A DNA stretch of 64,000 nt from Octopus vulgaris. Its lineage: Eukaryota. Numbering within the stretch: the stretch's first letter is position 1; the number at the start of each line of letters is the position of its first letter. Shown piece by piece: positions 1 through 12,544 of the stretch. A program made the translations under genes and the position numbers. Under the pieces are notes generated by a model. It had not been told where the DNA came from. It ran no database searches and saw only the letters and a program-made list of their open reading frames with translations. The stretch lies in the NCBI GenBank assembly GCA_951406725.2, contig OX597820.1:41168001-41232000 (forward strand), read 5' to 3'.

Positions 1-37
<37 letters not shown>

Positions 38-939
38 AGAGTAGAAATTTAGATATTGTATAATATATAGATTCTTAAAGAAAGGGAGAGAAGGAAAAAG
101 CTAGAGAGAGAGAGAGAGAGAGAGCAAAGATGTGAAATAGCTTGAGTAAATGTGAGACGGTGAAAAAGAGAGACAGTGAGAAAGAAAGAAAGTAAGAGAA
201 GGGAAAGGGGGAAAGAGAGGGAGAAAGAATAAATAAGAATGAGAGAGTGTCAGAAGAGCAGAAACTGAAACCTCACCGTGTATACGTAAAATTTTGAGAA
301 GCATAGTGGTAGAAAAGAGAGAGAATAACATATAAACAAGGAAATGAGGGGGGGTGGAGGGGTGGGGGGGGATAAAAAGAGGAGAATTCGAGTTACTGTC
401 CCGTTTGTTGTTGTTTGCGCGCACGCGCGCGCACGTGTGTCTTTGTGCGTGTGTGTGTGTGTGTGATCCCAAGATAATTTTCACCATGGGAATATTTGCC
501 TCTTTGAACATGTTCAACTTGTGGATCAGATGATAAACGGGTAGGAAAAAGAGTAAAGCTGGTGGTGGGGGGGGGGATAAATAAAGAACTCAAGAGTCTC
601 CTGCTCCCCCTTCCCCTTTCCTCACACACACACACACACAGTCACGCGCACGCGCGCTATTTCCTTCTCTCATACACACTAACATACATTTTCCTTAGGG
701 ATTTTTGTAATTCTCCCTCCATGCATCCAACAAATTCATCGCGGCATTGACTCGGAAATAATAGGAAATATGTATTTATTTATTATATGCTGCTGCAGCT
801 CGCTTGATGAGACCTTAAACAAGGCAGTTCCATGTTGTCAATACTAAAAACCACCAACCACCCCCTTTACCTTAGCCTACACTAACTCTTCTACACTTCT
901 CTCTTCCCTCACTATAACTCAATTCGTATACACCAGCAC

Positions 940-1670
940 CAACACTGGCTATTACCCTCCATCCACCATCATCATAGCCACCAAAGCCCATCAGTCACAG
1001 CTAGGAGGATGGGAAATGCGCGGACGACGACTACGGTGACTGTATGCTTCCGAAATACTCCGCCAACAACATCGTCGCCACCACCACCACCAACAACAAC
1101 AACAGCAACAAGATCATCACTTTCCCTAGCAACAACAACTGCAGTTCCAACATTAACCTAACCACCACCACCACCACCACCATCATCATAAACCAGCTGT
1201 GCCACCATTTCTAATAGCATTTCAAACTACCACCACCATCACAAACAAGACCGACCACTTAAATAGCATCTTAACCATCACCATCACCATCACAACAACT
1301 AACATCGTTACAATCACCAATATAACCAGCAACCCCCATCACAACAAAATCCACGCCATCATAATCACTACTACTACTACTACTACTACTATTACTACTA
1401 CCACCACCACCACCACCACTACTACTACCACCACCACCACCACCACCACCACCTCCACCACCACTACTACTACTACTACTACTGCAACGACAACAACAAT
1501 AACAACTACCACACTACCTTTGCCACCACTAAAATCAACATCAAAATTACCATGAACATCAACAATAACAATCACCACAACAACCACCTAATCACCAGCA
1601 GCACCACCATCGCCGTTGCCGCCGTCGCCACCGCCGCCGCCGCGGCACCGTCCCTACCACCACCATCACA
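940..1670. repeat. Degenerate trinucleotide mosaic (ACC/ACT/AAC/ATC/GCC)n
   Basis: Runs of ACC, ACT and AAC triplets; source of the spurious Thr-rich ORF 1199..1555. Confidence 0.85.
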
Positions 1671-2352
1671 CAAACATATCTTAATACAAAGATGGCTGGT
1701 TGCCATCAACAGTGCTTCGATGTAGAAAAAATATATATATATTTTTTAAAAAAAACGTAACAAAAAAAAAAATGATAATAATAATAAATGAACAGAAATA
1801 TGGCGACGAACAGGGCTTAGTTCTTCAGCTGAGTCATGTCACGTCAGTTGTCGGCCTTCGTAAAACTAACAATTGTTCGTACTCCTTCCTTTCCTAAAAT
1901 CCCTTATACTTCTACCTCTACCTCTCACTCACTCGCTCGCTCGCCTGCTCTCTTTATCGCTGACTTCTCTTTCTCTCACGCTATTTTCCATCTTCTTTCT
2001 CTCCTATTCTCTCTTATAGCATCAGCTCTCCGTCTTTCTTTCTTCAGTCAACCTCTACCTCATCTTTAATGTGTCATACTCTATGCAGTGCCTCCATTAG
2101 CCTCTAACTTATTGATCTAGCCCCTTTATCCTACCACCCCCAAACTTTTCACTGATTCCTTGTGCTGCATCTCAAGCTATCAATCTATCTCTCTAAAGCT
2201 TCTTCGGACTTTTTTCCCTGTCTTCCTGAAATTTTATTTTAGTTTTTATCCTTATTTATTTCTTTTCTACTGATCTCTTTTTCTGAAGTTCCTAGGATTC
2301 GATGTTCATTCATTTTTTTTAAATATTTTTTTTTCTCAAGTTAAACAGCGTG

Positions 2353-2354
<2 letters not shown>

Positions 2355-2418
<64 letters not shown>

Positions 2419-2452
2419 CATCATCATCATTATCATCATCATCATCATCATT
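2355..2452. repeat. (TTA)n-(TCA)n compound microsatellite
   Basis: Directly visible. Confidence 0.95.
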
Positions 2453-2696
2453 GCTATTATCATTAATGCTATAGTTGCTCTTGGCTACAGGTTTTGCTTT
2501 TAGACGATAAGCTGTTCCACCACTGCCGTAGGCGTACAAAAACCTTCCTTCGGAACACAGGCATGCTTCATTAAATGCTATTCCTACATTCGTCATCATC
2601 ATCACCATCATCATCATCATTACTAGCATGATCATATTACCGATGATGATGATGATAATGATGATGATTCTTAACTTCACCAGAAGGACACACATT

Positions 2697-2880
2697 TGGG
2701 AAGAAAGGGATTTAATCGATTTACTCGTCTCCAGTTCTTGAATGGTACTTAGTTTATCGTCTCAGAAAAGATGGAAGGCAAAACCAAGGTAGCGGGGCTT
2801 GAACTTAGAACATAAAGGGGCGTGAATAAATATGGTAAGGTATTTAGTTCCTACATTCAACAATTTTTGCCACTCTACCG
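2697..2880 (-). mobile_element. Degraded tRNA-derived SINE, family A
   Basis: AATCGATT...TGGTACTTAGTTTATCG...GAAAAGATGGAAGGCAAAA...TTGAACTTAGAAC matches the cleaner family A copies at 12025, 35092 and 59945. Confidence 0.6.
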
Positions 2881-3079
2881 TTTTAACAAGCTTGGCACAG
2901 AATAGATAAATTTGGAGAAAGGGTGAAGCTGATTTACTCGGTTCCTCTACATGATTTGTGTTATCGACACAGTGAGAACGAAAGATATAGAACAAGCGAG
3001 ATTTTCACTGAGACTATAACAAAGTTTAATTAAAAAGTGTAGGATATTCATTCTAGGATTTTGCTGTTTCTCATGCTCA

Positions 3080-4180
3080 GAAAGACTAACAAAAAGACTA
3101 ACATCTTCAGAAAGACTAACAGGATTCTTGGCGAATAAGAGACGAAAGACGAGAATTTTTCTGAAACTTTGCTATCCTGCCCTTAATTTAACATCTTCAA
3201 CACCTATTTTGGTAATGTTCCCAGTGCTCCTATTGCAACAGAAATAAATTTCTCTTGCATCTTCCAGAATTTCCTCATTTAACTCGACTTCCAGTATTTT
3301 TGATTTTGCTATGCATAGTAGCATCTATAGGGCATAGTAGCATCTTATACACATTTTTTTTCACTTCATCCTGACCATTTCTAGTCTATGAACCATTATG
3401 AAATCTTGGCTTTGCAAAGAAAATCCCAGTGGGTTTTACAATACCCATTTTCAATAACAGATTCTGGCTGGTGATGGTGTCATTTTGTATTTATTTGAAT
3501 CCACATTTCCATCCACTCATACAGTATATCATTTTCCCTATCATTCGTATATACTTTTGTTTAATTTCTTTATAACGTCTTACTATATTCACTCACTACA
3601 GGAGTGCCACTTTCGCCTACGTTACTACAAACTTGACAATTACCATCTTACTATCTCCTGCTATTTTTCTTTCTCATTTGCTTTGTCCTCATCGTTTGTG
3701 TTTTCACAATCATGATAAACGTTTCTGCCTTCTATTTAGTCTTCAAGCATTGAGTCAAGCTCATTGTTTCTCCACTCCTACTTGCTGGGCGAACTTCATA
3801 CGCAACTCTTCTTTCCTGTTTTTTCATCCCTCTCTTCATTTTCATTTGCTTGGAACTTTTCATAACCCTGATCTAACAGTCATTCTTCTCATCACACTTC
3901 ACCAATAGCCAAATGTACGTTGCATCTCTCTCTTATTTTTTATTTTTTCTTTCTCTACTCGTTAAACACCCTACCATTTTTTGAACCCATTGTTTTCTCA
4001 GTTCATTTAATCAAGCTCATTTTTTTGTCCCTGAAGGAATGCTGCGTATTATATCAACATTGATATTGCCTGTGTGTACATTCTATTTATTAACAATGTT
4101 CCTTCCACACAGTTTCTGCTTTCACAAATTCTCTGAGCCTCCTGCGTTTATCAGCATATCGTAGCTCCCTCAGATATTTA
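3080..4180 (-). mobile_element. Fossil non-LTR retrotransposon, R4/Dong-like (late RT, Zn knuckle, restriction-like endonuclease)
   Basis: Minus-strand translation with stops and frameshifts gives, in the expected order: TQAISMLI*YAA..KNELD*M (~4000-4080), a CQVC knuckle (~3620-3645), HQPESVIENGYCKTHWDF (~3420-3473) and KFISVAIGALGTLPK (~3208-3252). These match the R4-clade C-terminal pattern (PESVLEN..ILWDF; IVIGALGTIPK). Confidence 0.75.
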
Positions 4181-4374
4181 TATATATTTACACAAATACA
4201 CATATACACATAAAGAAACTCTTCCTCCTCCTCCTCCTCCTTCTCTCTCTTTCTCTCTATTTGTCTATCTGCCTACATACATACATATACATACACACAT
4301 ACACATACATATAGAAATGCACATACTCACAAAGGTTTGTGTGTGAGTGAATATATACGTATCCCTCCTTACGT

Positions 4375-4483
4375 ATACATACATACAGTCATACATACAT
4401 ACATACATACATACGTACATACATACATACATACATACATGCATGCATACATACATACATACATACATACATACATACATACA

Positions 4484-4512
<29 letters not shown>
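4375..4512. repeat. (TACA)n microsatellite
   Basis: Directly visible. Confidence 0.95.
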
Positions 4513-4514
<2 letters not shown>

Positions 4515-4737
4515 GCATGTATTTCAGCGGAACTCAGTCAACAGAGCAAGAATTGGTCTTTAATAGTTTAGACTGCTTCTCTTTCAATAGTAGAACTATG
4601 GATGGTAAATTTTAGATTTAGTTGTAGATTTCCTCTGATTTATACTTTATTCAAAAACATGAAAGTTTCTGTGATTTTAGATTGACAGAAATTTTTCTAT
4701 AAAACCAGCTTTCTTTCAAACTTTATATTTTACTTAA

Positions 4738-4778
<41 letters not shown>

Positions 4779-5885
4779 CTTTCTGTCAATCATTTCTACT
4801 CTCTCTCTCTCTCTCTCTCTCTCATTCTCTTCCCCTTGCTTTTTCTCTCTTACTCTTTATCTTTATATCTCTTCTTTTTTATATCTCTCTTTGCTTTCAT
4901 TGCTGTTCTGTGTTTTCTATCATTTTCCTCTATTCTCTATCTCTGCTGCTCACTCGTACATACATACAAACTTATACAAACACAACTGCATCCACTCTTA
5001 CTCTCTTTTCCTCTCTAAATTTCTATCTTTCTTCACCACCACCACCACCATCACCACCACCACGTACACACACATGCGTCCCACAATAATCTCTGATATT
5101 CCTTATCTCTTTGTCATTTCATCCCTATCTATCTCTCCCACTCATTCTCTCTCTCTTCCACTCACTCTTTCTCTCTCTCACTCACTCTCTCTCTTCTCTC
5201 TTTCTATCTATCTCACTTTGTTTCTTCTCTTTGTCTTACTTTTACACTTGCACATTACTTCCTCCTTCCTCCCCCCCTTCTCAACATCTCGAAATGCTTT
5301 CCTCTACGTTTCTGATCCTTCAACTTCCGTCTCATGTTCATTCCACCAATTGACCCCAATTCCACGTTTCTCCACCTCCACCCGTTCTTTGATGCTGCTT
5401 TTCTATTCCCTCCAGATCCTTCCACTGCTCTCTCTTCTGCCACAGCACCTAATTCGGCTTCTGAACTTTCTACACACATCGTTCCTTCTCAGAGATTAGA
5501 AGCCAACATCAATACATAAAGACTTTGATGGGTTGGGTGTAATTCGTTGCAAGTTATTGCCATCTTCTTTTTATTGTTGTTGTTGCTACCGTTTGTGGTG
5601 GTGATAACGTTGCTGGTAGTATTGCTACTCACATTGATGTTGCTGTTATGATTGTTATTATTTTTGGTGGCAATAGAAATAGTGGTAATAGTAGTAGCGG
5701 TAGTGGTTTTCAAGCTATGGCTACTGATGTTAAATTTGGCAAACATTACATAGGATATAATAACGATATCCCAGCTGCTATTGTTGTTATTGTTGTTACA
5801 CTATGGATGAGCAAGGATGCTGTATAAATTATTCTATTAGTATTGCTGTTGCTGCTGTTGTTGTTGTTGTTACTGTTTTTGTAGG

Positions 5886-6078
5886 ATTTGGCCCCAGGTT
5901 AGCCTTGATATAGTAGTACTATGTTCAAAGCCGTTCCAACCAGAACCGCTCTAATTTATTTTTTCCAGTGGTATCAAGGAATACATTATGCAATATGTTA
6001 TCCACTCTTTTTCAACACATAAGTTTTTGATTAAAAGAAGATTTGGTTGCTATTTCTGGTTCCCTCAATGGCTAGAGT
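5886..6078 (-). mobile_element. SINE-like repeat, family D (CAA-type tail)
   Basis: TTGGCCCCAGGTTAGCCTTGAT...ATACATTATGCAAT...GATTTGGTTGCTATTTCT is shared with copies at 7201, 8817, 17564, 20200, 30395 and 33420. Confidence 0.65.
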
Positions 6079-6183
6079 TCTTGTTCTTGTTAGCGTTGCT
6101 ATCGTTAGCATTGATATATTTACTCATTTTTGTTTGGTGTTGTGAATATTATTTTATTTATAACAATATTGTTGCAGCCGGTA

Positions 6184-6306
6184 ATGATGGTCATTCTGGT
6201 GGTGGTCATTCTGGTGGTGATGATGGTCATTCTGGTGGTGATGATGGTCATTCTGGTGGTGATGATGATGATGATGATAATGATGATGATGATGATGATG
6301 ATGATA
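6184..6306. repeat. 21-bp minisatellite (GATGATGGTCATTCTGGTGGT) merging into (GAT)n
   Basis: Four GGTCATTCTGGTGGT units are visible. Confidence 0.9.
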
Positions 6307-6904
6307 CCACTCATCCATATCACACATTAATATCGATTGCATCCATTTTAACCTTACCTCATTGTATCCAACCTTACCTCATTGTATCTTTTACATAGAA
6401 ATCCTAGCTAAATAGCATATTTAGCTATCGGTTTAACTATCTAGTCCCGCAAAATTATATGTAGAAGTGATTATCCTCCTTACATTAACTAGCTCCCAGG
6501 GAACATCATGTATTTCACTGTGACTTTATTAATTTTATCAAAAACTAACCTCTCCTAAATATATATACTTGTTCGCTAGTCGCGACACCAGCGCCTGTTG
6601 TGGCACTATCAATCTATATGTCGCTGGTGGGGAGATGAATTGCTGTTGCTTCAAGTGTCCATCATTGTCAAGACCAAAGAAGGTCGAAATCACATGATCT
6701 GGTGGCTTCGGTGCAGGAGGTAGCAAGGATTTATCTCCTTGCTAGTGCTATAAACAAGAGTTCATTTTGTCCCAAAAGCCAATATGTCAGCTTTTCTCAT
6801 GATAAATACTGCAGTATAGTTTGTCCTTACAGAACACCCACGTTTAAGTGGGGATAAATATTACGTATCGGTAGTAATACTGCCTCTGTTGCTAATATAG
6901 ATTA

Positions 6905-7162
6905 AAAATAATAAATGCGCACTTTTAAAGCCTTAGCCAGGCTCATGGGCCCGGTTTCTCAGTTTCTATGGCGTATGTGTTCTCCAGATGGACGCCAGTC
7001 CATCGCAGCATTACTCATTTTTGCCAGCTGAGTGGACTGAAGCAACGTGAGATGACGTATTTTGCTCAAGAACACAACGCGTCGCCCGGTCCAGGAATCG
7101 AAACCATAATCTTACGATCATGATGCTGACACCCTAACCACTAAGCCACGCGCCTCCACCAT
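6905..7162 (-). mobile_element. tRNA-derived SINE, family C (V-domain-like)
   Basis: Minus strand has A box (TGGCTTAGTGG), B-box-like GGTTTCGATTCC and CTGCGATGGACTGGCGTCC. A 12-bp TSD TAATATAGATTA lies at 6893-6904 and 7163-7174. Confidence 0.85.
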
Positions 7163-7200
7163 TAATATAGATTACTTGGAAATTACTGTTGTACTTGTTC

Positions 7201-7315
7201 TTGATGTTTAGCCCCAGGGGAATCCTGAAATAGCAAACCTATGATCAAAAGAATATCAGTGGTTACCATCCACTTGTTACTTAGTTTTCAGGTATAGTGT
7301 ATCCGAGACTACATT
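7201..7315 (-). mobile_element. SINE-like family D, partial
   Basis: GTTTAGCCCCAGG...CCTATGATCAAA...GTATCCGAGACTACATT. Confidence 0.6.
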
Positions 7316-7604
7316 TATATTTCAAGACGGGTTAAAACCTCAAGTTTTCCTAAGATAACAAATAATAGGCGTTCCATCTATGACTATCCCGTATTTTTGT
7401 AGTTCTGATTATTCGGTGTATATGCATGTATGGCATTTGTATTTGTAGTTATTTGCTGCATGGCCTTCCAAAGTTATACTTGCATGCATACATAAGGCAT
7501 GCATACATTCATGTGTATATATGGCGTGTGCGTATGTGAAAATGTCAATACATGGGTATGTATATGAATCGGTAAGTGTGCGTGAATCTGCGTTTGTGTG
7601 TGTG

Positions 7605-7635
<31 letters not shown>

Positions 7636-7770
7636 TTTATACCAATTGAAAGGTAAATGTGGAGGCGGATACAAAATCCAATGTCAAGAAAAGACTGCTT
7701 GAAGAGAATGATGGACTTAATGGCATAGGTGGTGAGTTAGACAGGTTTTGAACTTGAGACAGAGGAAACA

Positions 7771-7825
<55 letters not shown>

Positions 7826-8403
7826 GATAGACATAGAGAGAGAGAGAGAGAGAGAGCGGCAGTGTGTGTGTGGGGGTGTGCGTGTGAAAGAAATAGAAAT
7901 ATGTTATAAAACAAAATTTATGAGCGTCGTGAAGGGAGAAAGACTAAAAAAGGGAAAAAAAGACAATAAACTATATAACTAGACTGTTTAAGAACGTAAT
8001 TATTTATCATGTATGTGTTTGTAGGCGCATATGTGGGCGTCAGTGATCGTGTGTGTGCGTATGCCTGTGTGTGTGTGTGTGTATGCGTGCGTGTATGAGT
8101 TTCTGTATTGCCACTTTCTTATTTGTTAATTTGGAAAGCGTATGAATAGCATACGGTGTCTGGAGTGTGTGATACAGGGTACTTTCCCTGTTGATCTTCC
8201 ATACATTTACTTCCACTATAGCGACAATTTAGTCTTTGTTTTACGGAATATCGCAAATTTTTGTCTGCAAAACTTCTGAGCCTTAACCATGGTTTAAAGA
8301 GAGCCTGGAAAGGAATTCACTGATATTGAGGACATTCAATGCAGAATAAAGCTCATTCGAAGACTCAGTCTTCGGTGATACTAAAGAGCAAGTAACAGAA
8401 TTT

Positions 8404-8697
8404 CCTTCTCGAGCCATGCCTGGCTCATAAGGGCCGGTTTCCTGGTTTCATTGGCGTATAGGTTCCCCACCTGGACAGGACGCCGGTCCGTCGCAGGTGA
8501 GCTGCAAGATGCAGGAGGAAAGAGTGAGAGAAAGTTGTGGAGAGAGAGTCAGCAGAAGTTCGCTATTACCTTCTACCGGAGCCGCGTGGAGCTTAGGTGT
8601 TTCGCTCATAAACACACGCATCACCCGGTCTGAGATTCGAACCAGCGATCCCCTCGACCGCGAGTTCACTGCTCTAACCACTAGGCCATGTGCCTCC
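8404..8697 (-). mobile_element. tRNA-derived SINE, family C variant
   Basis: A box TGGCCTAGTGG and B box GGTTCGAATCT on the minus strand; 3' end related to the 6905 copy; flanking direct repeat AGTAACAG at 8391-8398 and 8698-8705. Confidence 0.85.
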
Positions 8698-8816
8698 AGT
8701 AACAGTAATTTACTAAGTAATAACGCTTTGAAGGTGGTTAACTGTCAAAAGAACATGATTTATGTCCAGTATTACCCAAATTTCCACTTTTCGCTTCGAG
8801 CGTAGATCATCTGTCT

Positions 8817-9032
8817 CGAGCCAACGAATGAGTCATTATGTAGTTGTTTGACTTGTTAGAAATAGCCACCCAATCTCCATCAAAACACATCTGGGCAAAT
8901 TTTAAAAAATTAATGGATGCAATGCATAATTTAGTTCTTGATACAGATTGTTTGAGATGAAAGACGTGATGTTCATGGCTAGAAAGACATTGATTATAGA
9001 TTGACCTGGTATTAAACGACAGAAACAACAAA
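8817..9032 (+). mobile_element. SINE-like family D
   Basis: GAGCCAACGA...TAGAAATAGCCACCCAATCTCC...TGACCTGG...AAAC with a CAA-like tail; reverse complement of the other family D copies. Confidence 0.65.
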
Positions 9033-9613
9033 CTGTGTTCATCGGTAGAATAGAGGAAAGTGCTCAATACGAAAACTGTAAGGAACGAGAAAGAGAGCGA
9101 GTGAGTGAGTGAGAGAGTGATTGAATGAGTGAGTGAGTGAGTGAGTGAGTGAGTGAGAGGGGGAGTGAGAGGAAGAGCCAGAAAGTTATCCAGTAATATT
9201 CAACTGTGTGGCTATATACCCACTTGTTGTTTCGCCCAGACCAGTTCTGATCGAGGTGTTCCAGTCACAATCACTCTGAGCTTTTTGTATGTCTGCGACT
9301 ACATTTTGTTCGACTCTAGATCGTAAAGGCTGTAGGTTCAATTCCTGAACACGTTCTTCCAGTCAACTCAGCTGCAATGATTGCCAGCCGGGAGCGGGTT
9401 CAGCCCTCTATCTCTCCTGGGTTAAGAGTAGGGTAAGTGAGAGATGAGTATGTCTACTCGAGCGTAAATAGATACCCGAAGCAATTATGGGAATTTTGAT
9501 ACATGTTATGAAGTCTTTTTCACGTGCGAGTGACGGCTGACTGTACGACTATGTTATTCAATGTACACTTTGTTTTTTTTTTAAATAACAATAATAGCGA
9601 TTTGGAGAAGATT

Positions 9614-9847
9614 GGCATATTTTGGTCATATTATGCGGAGAAAATCCCTGGAGAAGGACATCATGCTCGGAATGGTCAGTGGCAAGAGAGGAAGAGGCCG
9701 ACCAAGAACCCGCTGGCTTGACACCATCAAGAGTGATACCGGAATGGACATAGCCAATCTGAAAGAAGCGGCCCAGGATAGAACTGACTGGAGGACACTG
9801 ATCCATCGAGTAACCGAGAGTCGACTTCGACTGAGCGGATAGATAGA
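9614..9847 (+). mobile_element. 5'-truncated RTE (BovB-like) LINE 3' end
   Basis: Uninterrupted ORF YFGHIMRRKSLEKDIMLGMVSGKRGRGRPRTRWLDTIK..AAQDRTDWR is the classic RTE C-terminus. Short (GATA) tail; perfect 10-bp TSD GGAGAAGATT at 9604-9613 and 9848-9857. Confidence 0.9.
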
Positions 9848-10043
9848 GGAGAAGATTAACTGCTATTTCTAGACATCGAGCGACACAATAGCCCTAGATT
9901 TAAATGGGTGTGTGGAGTAAATGTCTGAATATGTGTCGAAAAATGAAAATATAGATGAAAAGAAAAAAAAAACGAATAGACTATCAAGGCAAAACAAAGA
10001 CTAACGACGCGTGCGCGCAAACACAAACACACACACACACACA

Positions 10044-10075
<32 letters not shown>

Positions 10076-10677
10076 TACACACACACACACACATATATAT
10101 ATATATTGAAGAGAGAAGTAATTTGCGTGAGAAACGTTGGAAAAACAAAGAAAGTGGTGCACTAGATGCTAAACAACATCAAGATAACAAGGAGTATTAC
10201 TAGAGGTGGCGGCGGTGGTGGTGGTGTTGGTAGTGGTGGTGTTGTTGTTGTTGGTGGTGGTGTTGGTGGTGGTGGTGATTGTGATGATGATGATTATGAT
10301 GATGGAGTTCACGGACAAGCAAGAAAATTATAGAACAAAATAAAGAAGTAACAACGTTTGATAATAATAATAACAAGAAAAAAGTAGTACAAGTAACAAA
10401 AACTGCAACAATAGCGACAAAGATAAAAATACATAATAAAAAATAAAATAAAATAAAAATCATCACAAGAAAAATAGCTAAAAAAAAAAACACAAAAGAG
10501 AAATTAGAGCTGAGATGACATTAAAGCTATGGAAAGAGGAATGACCGACTGGCAGACGACAAGTTTGGCTCTTTAACATTGATTTAAAAGTAAAGATGGA
10601 GGCTGGAGGAGTAGAAGAAAAATATAGAGTGACTTGAAAGCGAGAAAGAGAGAAAGAAATGGGGTGAGAGAAGTGAG

Positions 10678-10717
<40 letters not shown>

Positions 10718-10857
10718 GAGAGGGAGAGAGAGAGAGAGAGAGAGAAGCGTGATGTCGTGTAAATGCATTGAAAGATTAAGAGAAATATTTGGAGAAAATT
10801 GAAAGGAAAAGAATATAACAGAAAGAGAGAGCAAGCGAGAAGGAGAGAGAGGGGGAG

Positions 10858-10892
<35 letters not shown>

Positions 10893-11029
10893 TAAGAGTT
10901 ATAAAGAGAATGTAGTACAGGGAAAATGAGTATAGCTGAATAAAAGAAAATGTATTTCTTAACAATGAGAGAAGAGTTAGACAAAAAATGCTAAGGTGAG
11001 AGAAAGAGGGAGATAGATAGATAGATAGA

Positions 11030-11063
<34 letters not shown>

Positions 11064-11072
11064 CAAAGAGAG

Positions 11073-11140
11073 AGAGACAAAAAGAGTGAGAGACAAAAAG
11101 GGTGAGAGACAAAAAGAGTGAGAGACAAAAAAGTGAGAGA
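11073..11140. repeat. 16-bp minisatellite GAGAGACAAAAAGAGT (~4 copies)
   Basis: Directly visible within a GA-rich tract. Confidence 0.8.
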
Positions 11141-11342
11141 GAAAGAGAGTGAAAGAGCGAGAGAGAAAGAGAGAAAGAGCGAGAGAGAGAGGGGAATACA
11201 GAGAGTTAGAAATTGAGCGATACTTAAGATAGATTTAGATGAAAGACCGTGAAGCTTATTTTGAGAAAGAGTGAAACAATATAAATACATGTGTGTGTTT
11301 GTGTGTGTGAGCACTATATATGTGTGCGTGTGTATGTGTGCG

Positions 11343-11600
<258 letters not shown>

Positions 11601-12024
11601 ATATATATACAGACATAAACACGCATAAATATGTGTGTGTGCATGTATGTATATTTATATATATATGAGAAAGAGAGAGAAAGGGGGAGAGAGAGAAAGG
11701 GATAGGAGGAGTCAAGTGAAAACAACTTGAGACCAGGAACATCAAAAGTGAAAGTAAGAAAGAATAACTTAAAAGAAGTTAAAAGCAAATATGAAATAGA
11801 GATAGATCAAGAAAATAAATTACAAAAGAACAAAAGGAAGAGAGCTTAGCAGAGAAAAGAGTGGTGCAGAGAGTAACGAGGAAGAAAATAAATAAATAAA
11901 TAAATAAATAAATAGTAGCGGTAGTAGTAGTAATGATGGTGATTTTAAATTTTGGCAGAAGACCAGCAATTTCGGGGGAGGGCATAAGTCAATTACATCG
12001 ACCCCAGTGTTCAACAGGTACTTG

Positions 12025-12406
12025 TATCCTTTTCTACTCTAGGCACAAGGACCGAAATTTTGGGGGTGAGGCCAGTCGAGAAGATTGACCCTAGTCCGCA
12101 AATGGTACTTAATTTATCGACGCCGAAAGGATGAAAGTCAACCTCGGCGGAATTTGAACTCAGAACACAAAGACAGACGAAATACCTATTTCTTTACTAC
12201 CCACAAGGGGCTAAACACAGAGAGGACAGACAAACAGATTAAGTCGATTATATCGACCCCAGTGCGTAGCTGGTACTTATTTAATCGACCCCGAAAGGAT
12301 GAAAGCAAAGTCAACCTTGGCGGAATTTGAACTCAGAACATAAAGACAGACGAAATACCGCTAAGCCTTTCGTCCGACGTGCTAATGTTTCTGCCAGCTC
12401 GCCGCC
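12025..12406 (-). mobile_element. Family A tRNA-SINE, dimeric form
   Basis: Head GGCGGCGAGCTGGCAGAA..., B box GAGTTCAAATTCC, central TTTCATCCTTTCGGGGTCGAT...AGTACCAG. The internal segment is duplicated at 12116-12186 and 12284-12359. Confidence 0.9.
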
Positions 12407-12544
12407 TTTTTAAAGAAGCTGAAATGTTACAAATATTCTTTTCTACTCTAGGCACAAGGCTGGCTTTTTGTAGGGAGCGCTGAGCATTTTGCTCGTCTTT
12501 TTACGTGCTAACAATTCTGTCAGAATCGTTTCTAAATCGGCACT

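Noticed and set aside
1199-1555. Thr-rich mucin-like ORF
   Set aside because: Translation of an ACC/ACT triplet mosaic; open on both strands, with no domain or splice context.
5988-6398. ORF with GGDDGHS repeats and poly-Asp
   Set aside because: Begins inside a family D repeat and reads through a 21-bp minisatellite and (GAT)n; no evidence of an exon.
6721-6746. Hairpin TAGCAAGGA/TCCTTGCTA ending in CTAG (possible Helitron 3' end)
   Set aside because: The CTAG overlaps the stem instead of lying ~10 nt downstream, and no second copy or 5' TC end was identified.
7080-7160. tRNA-like A/B boxes (also at ~8620-8697, 24605-24690 and 61132-61215)
   Set aside because: No full cloverleaf or acceptor stem; they are SINE heads followed by SINE bodies and flanked by TSDs.
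8150-8390. Possible Tc1-like transposase C-terminal remnant
   Set aside because: Only vague residue similarity and no TIR found; cannot be supported without an alignment.
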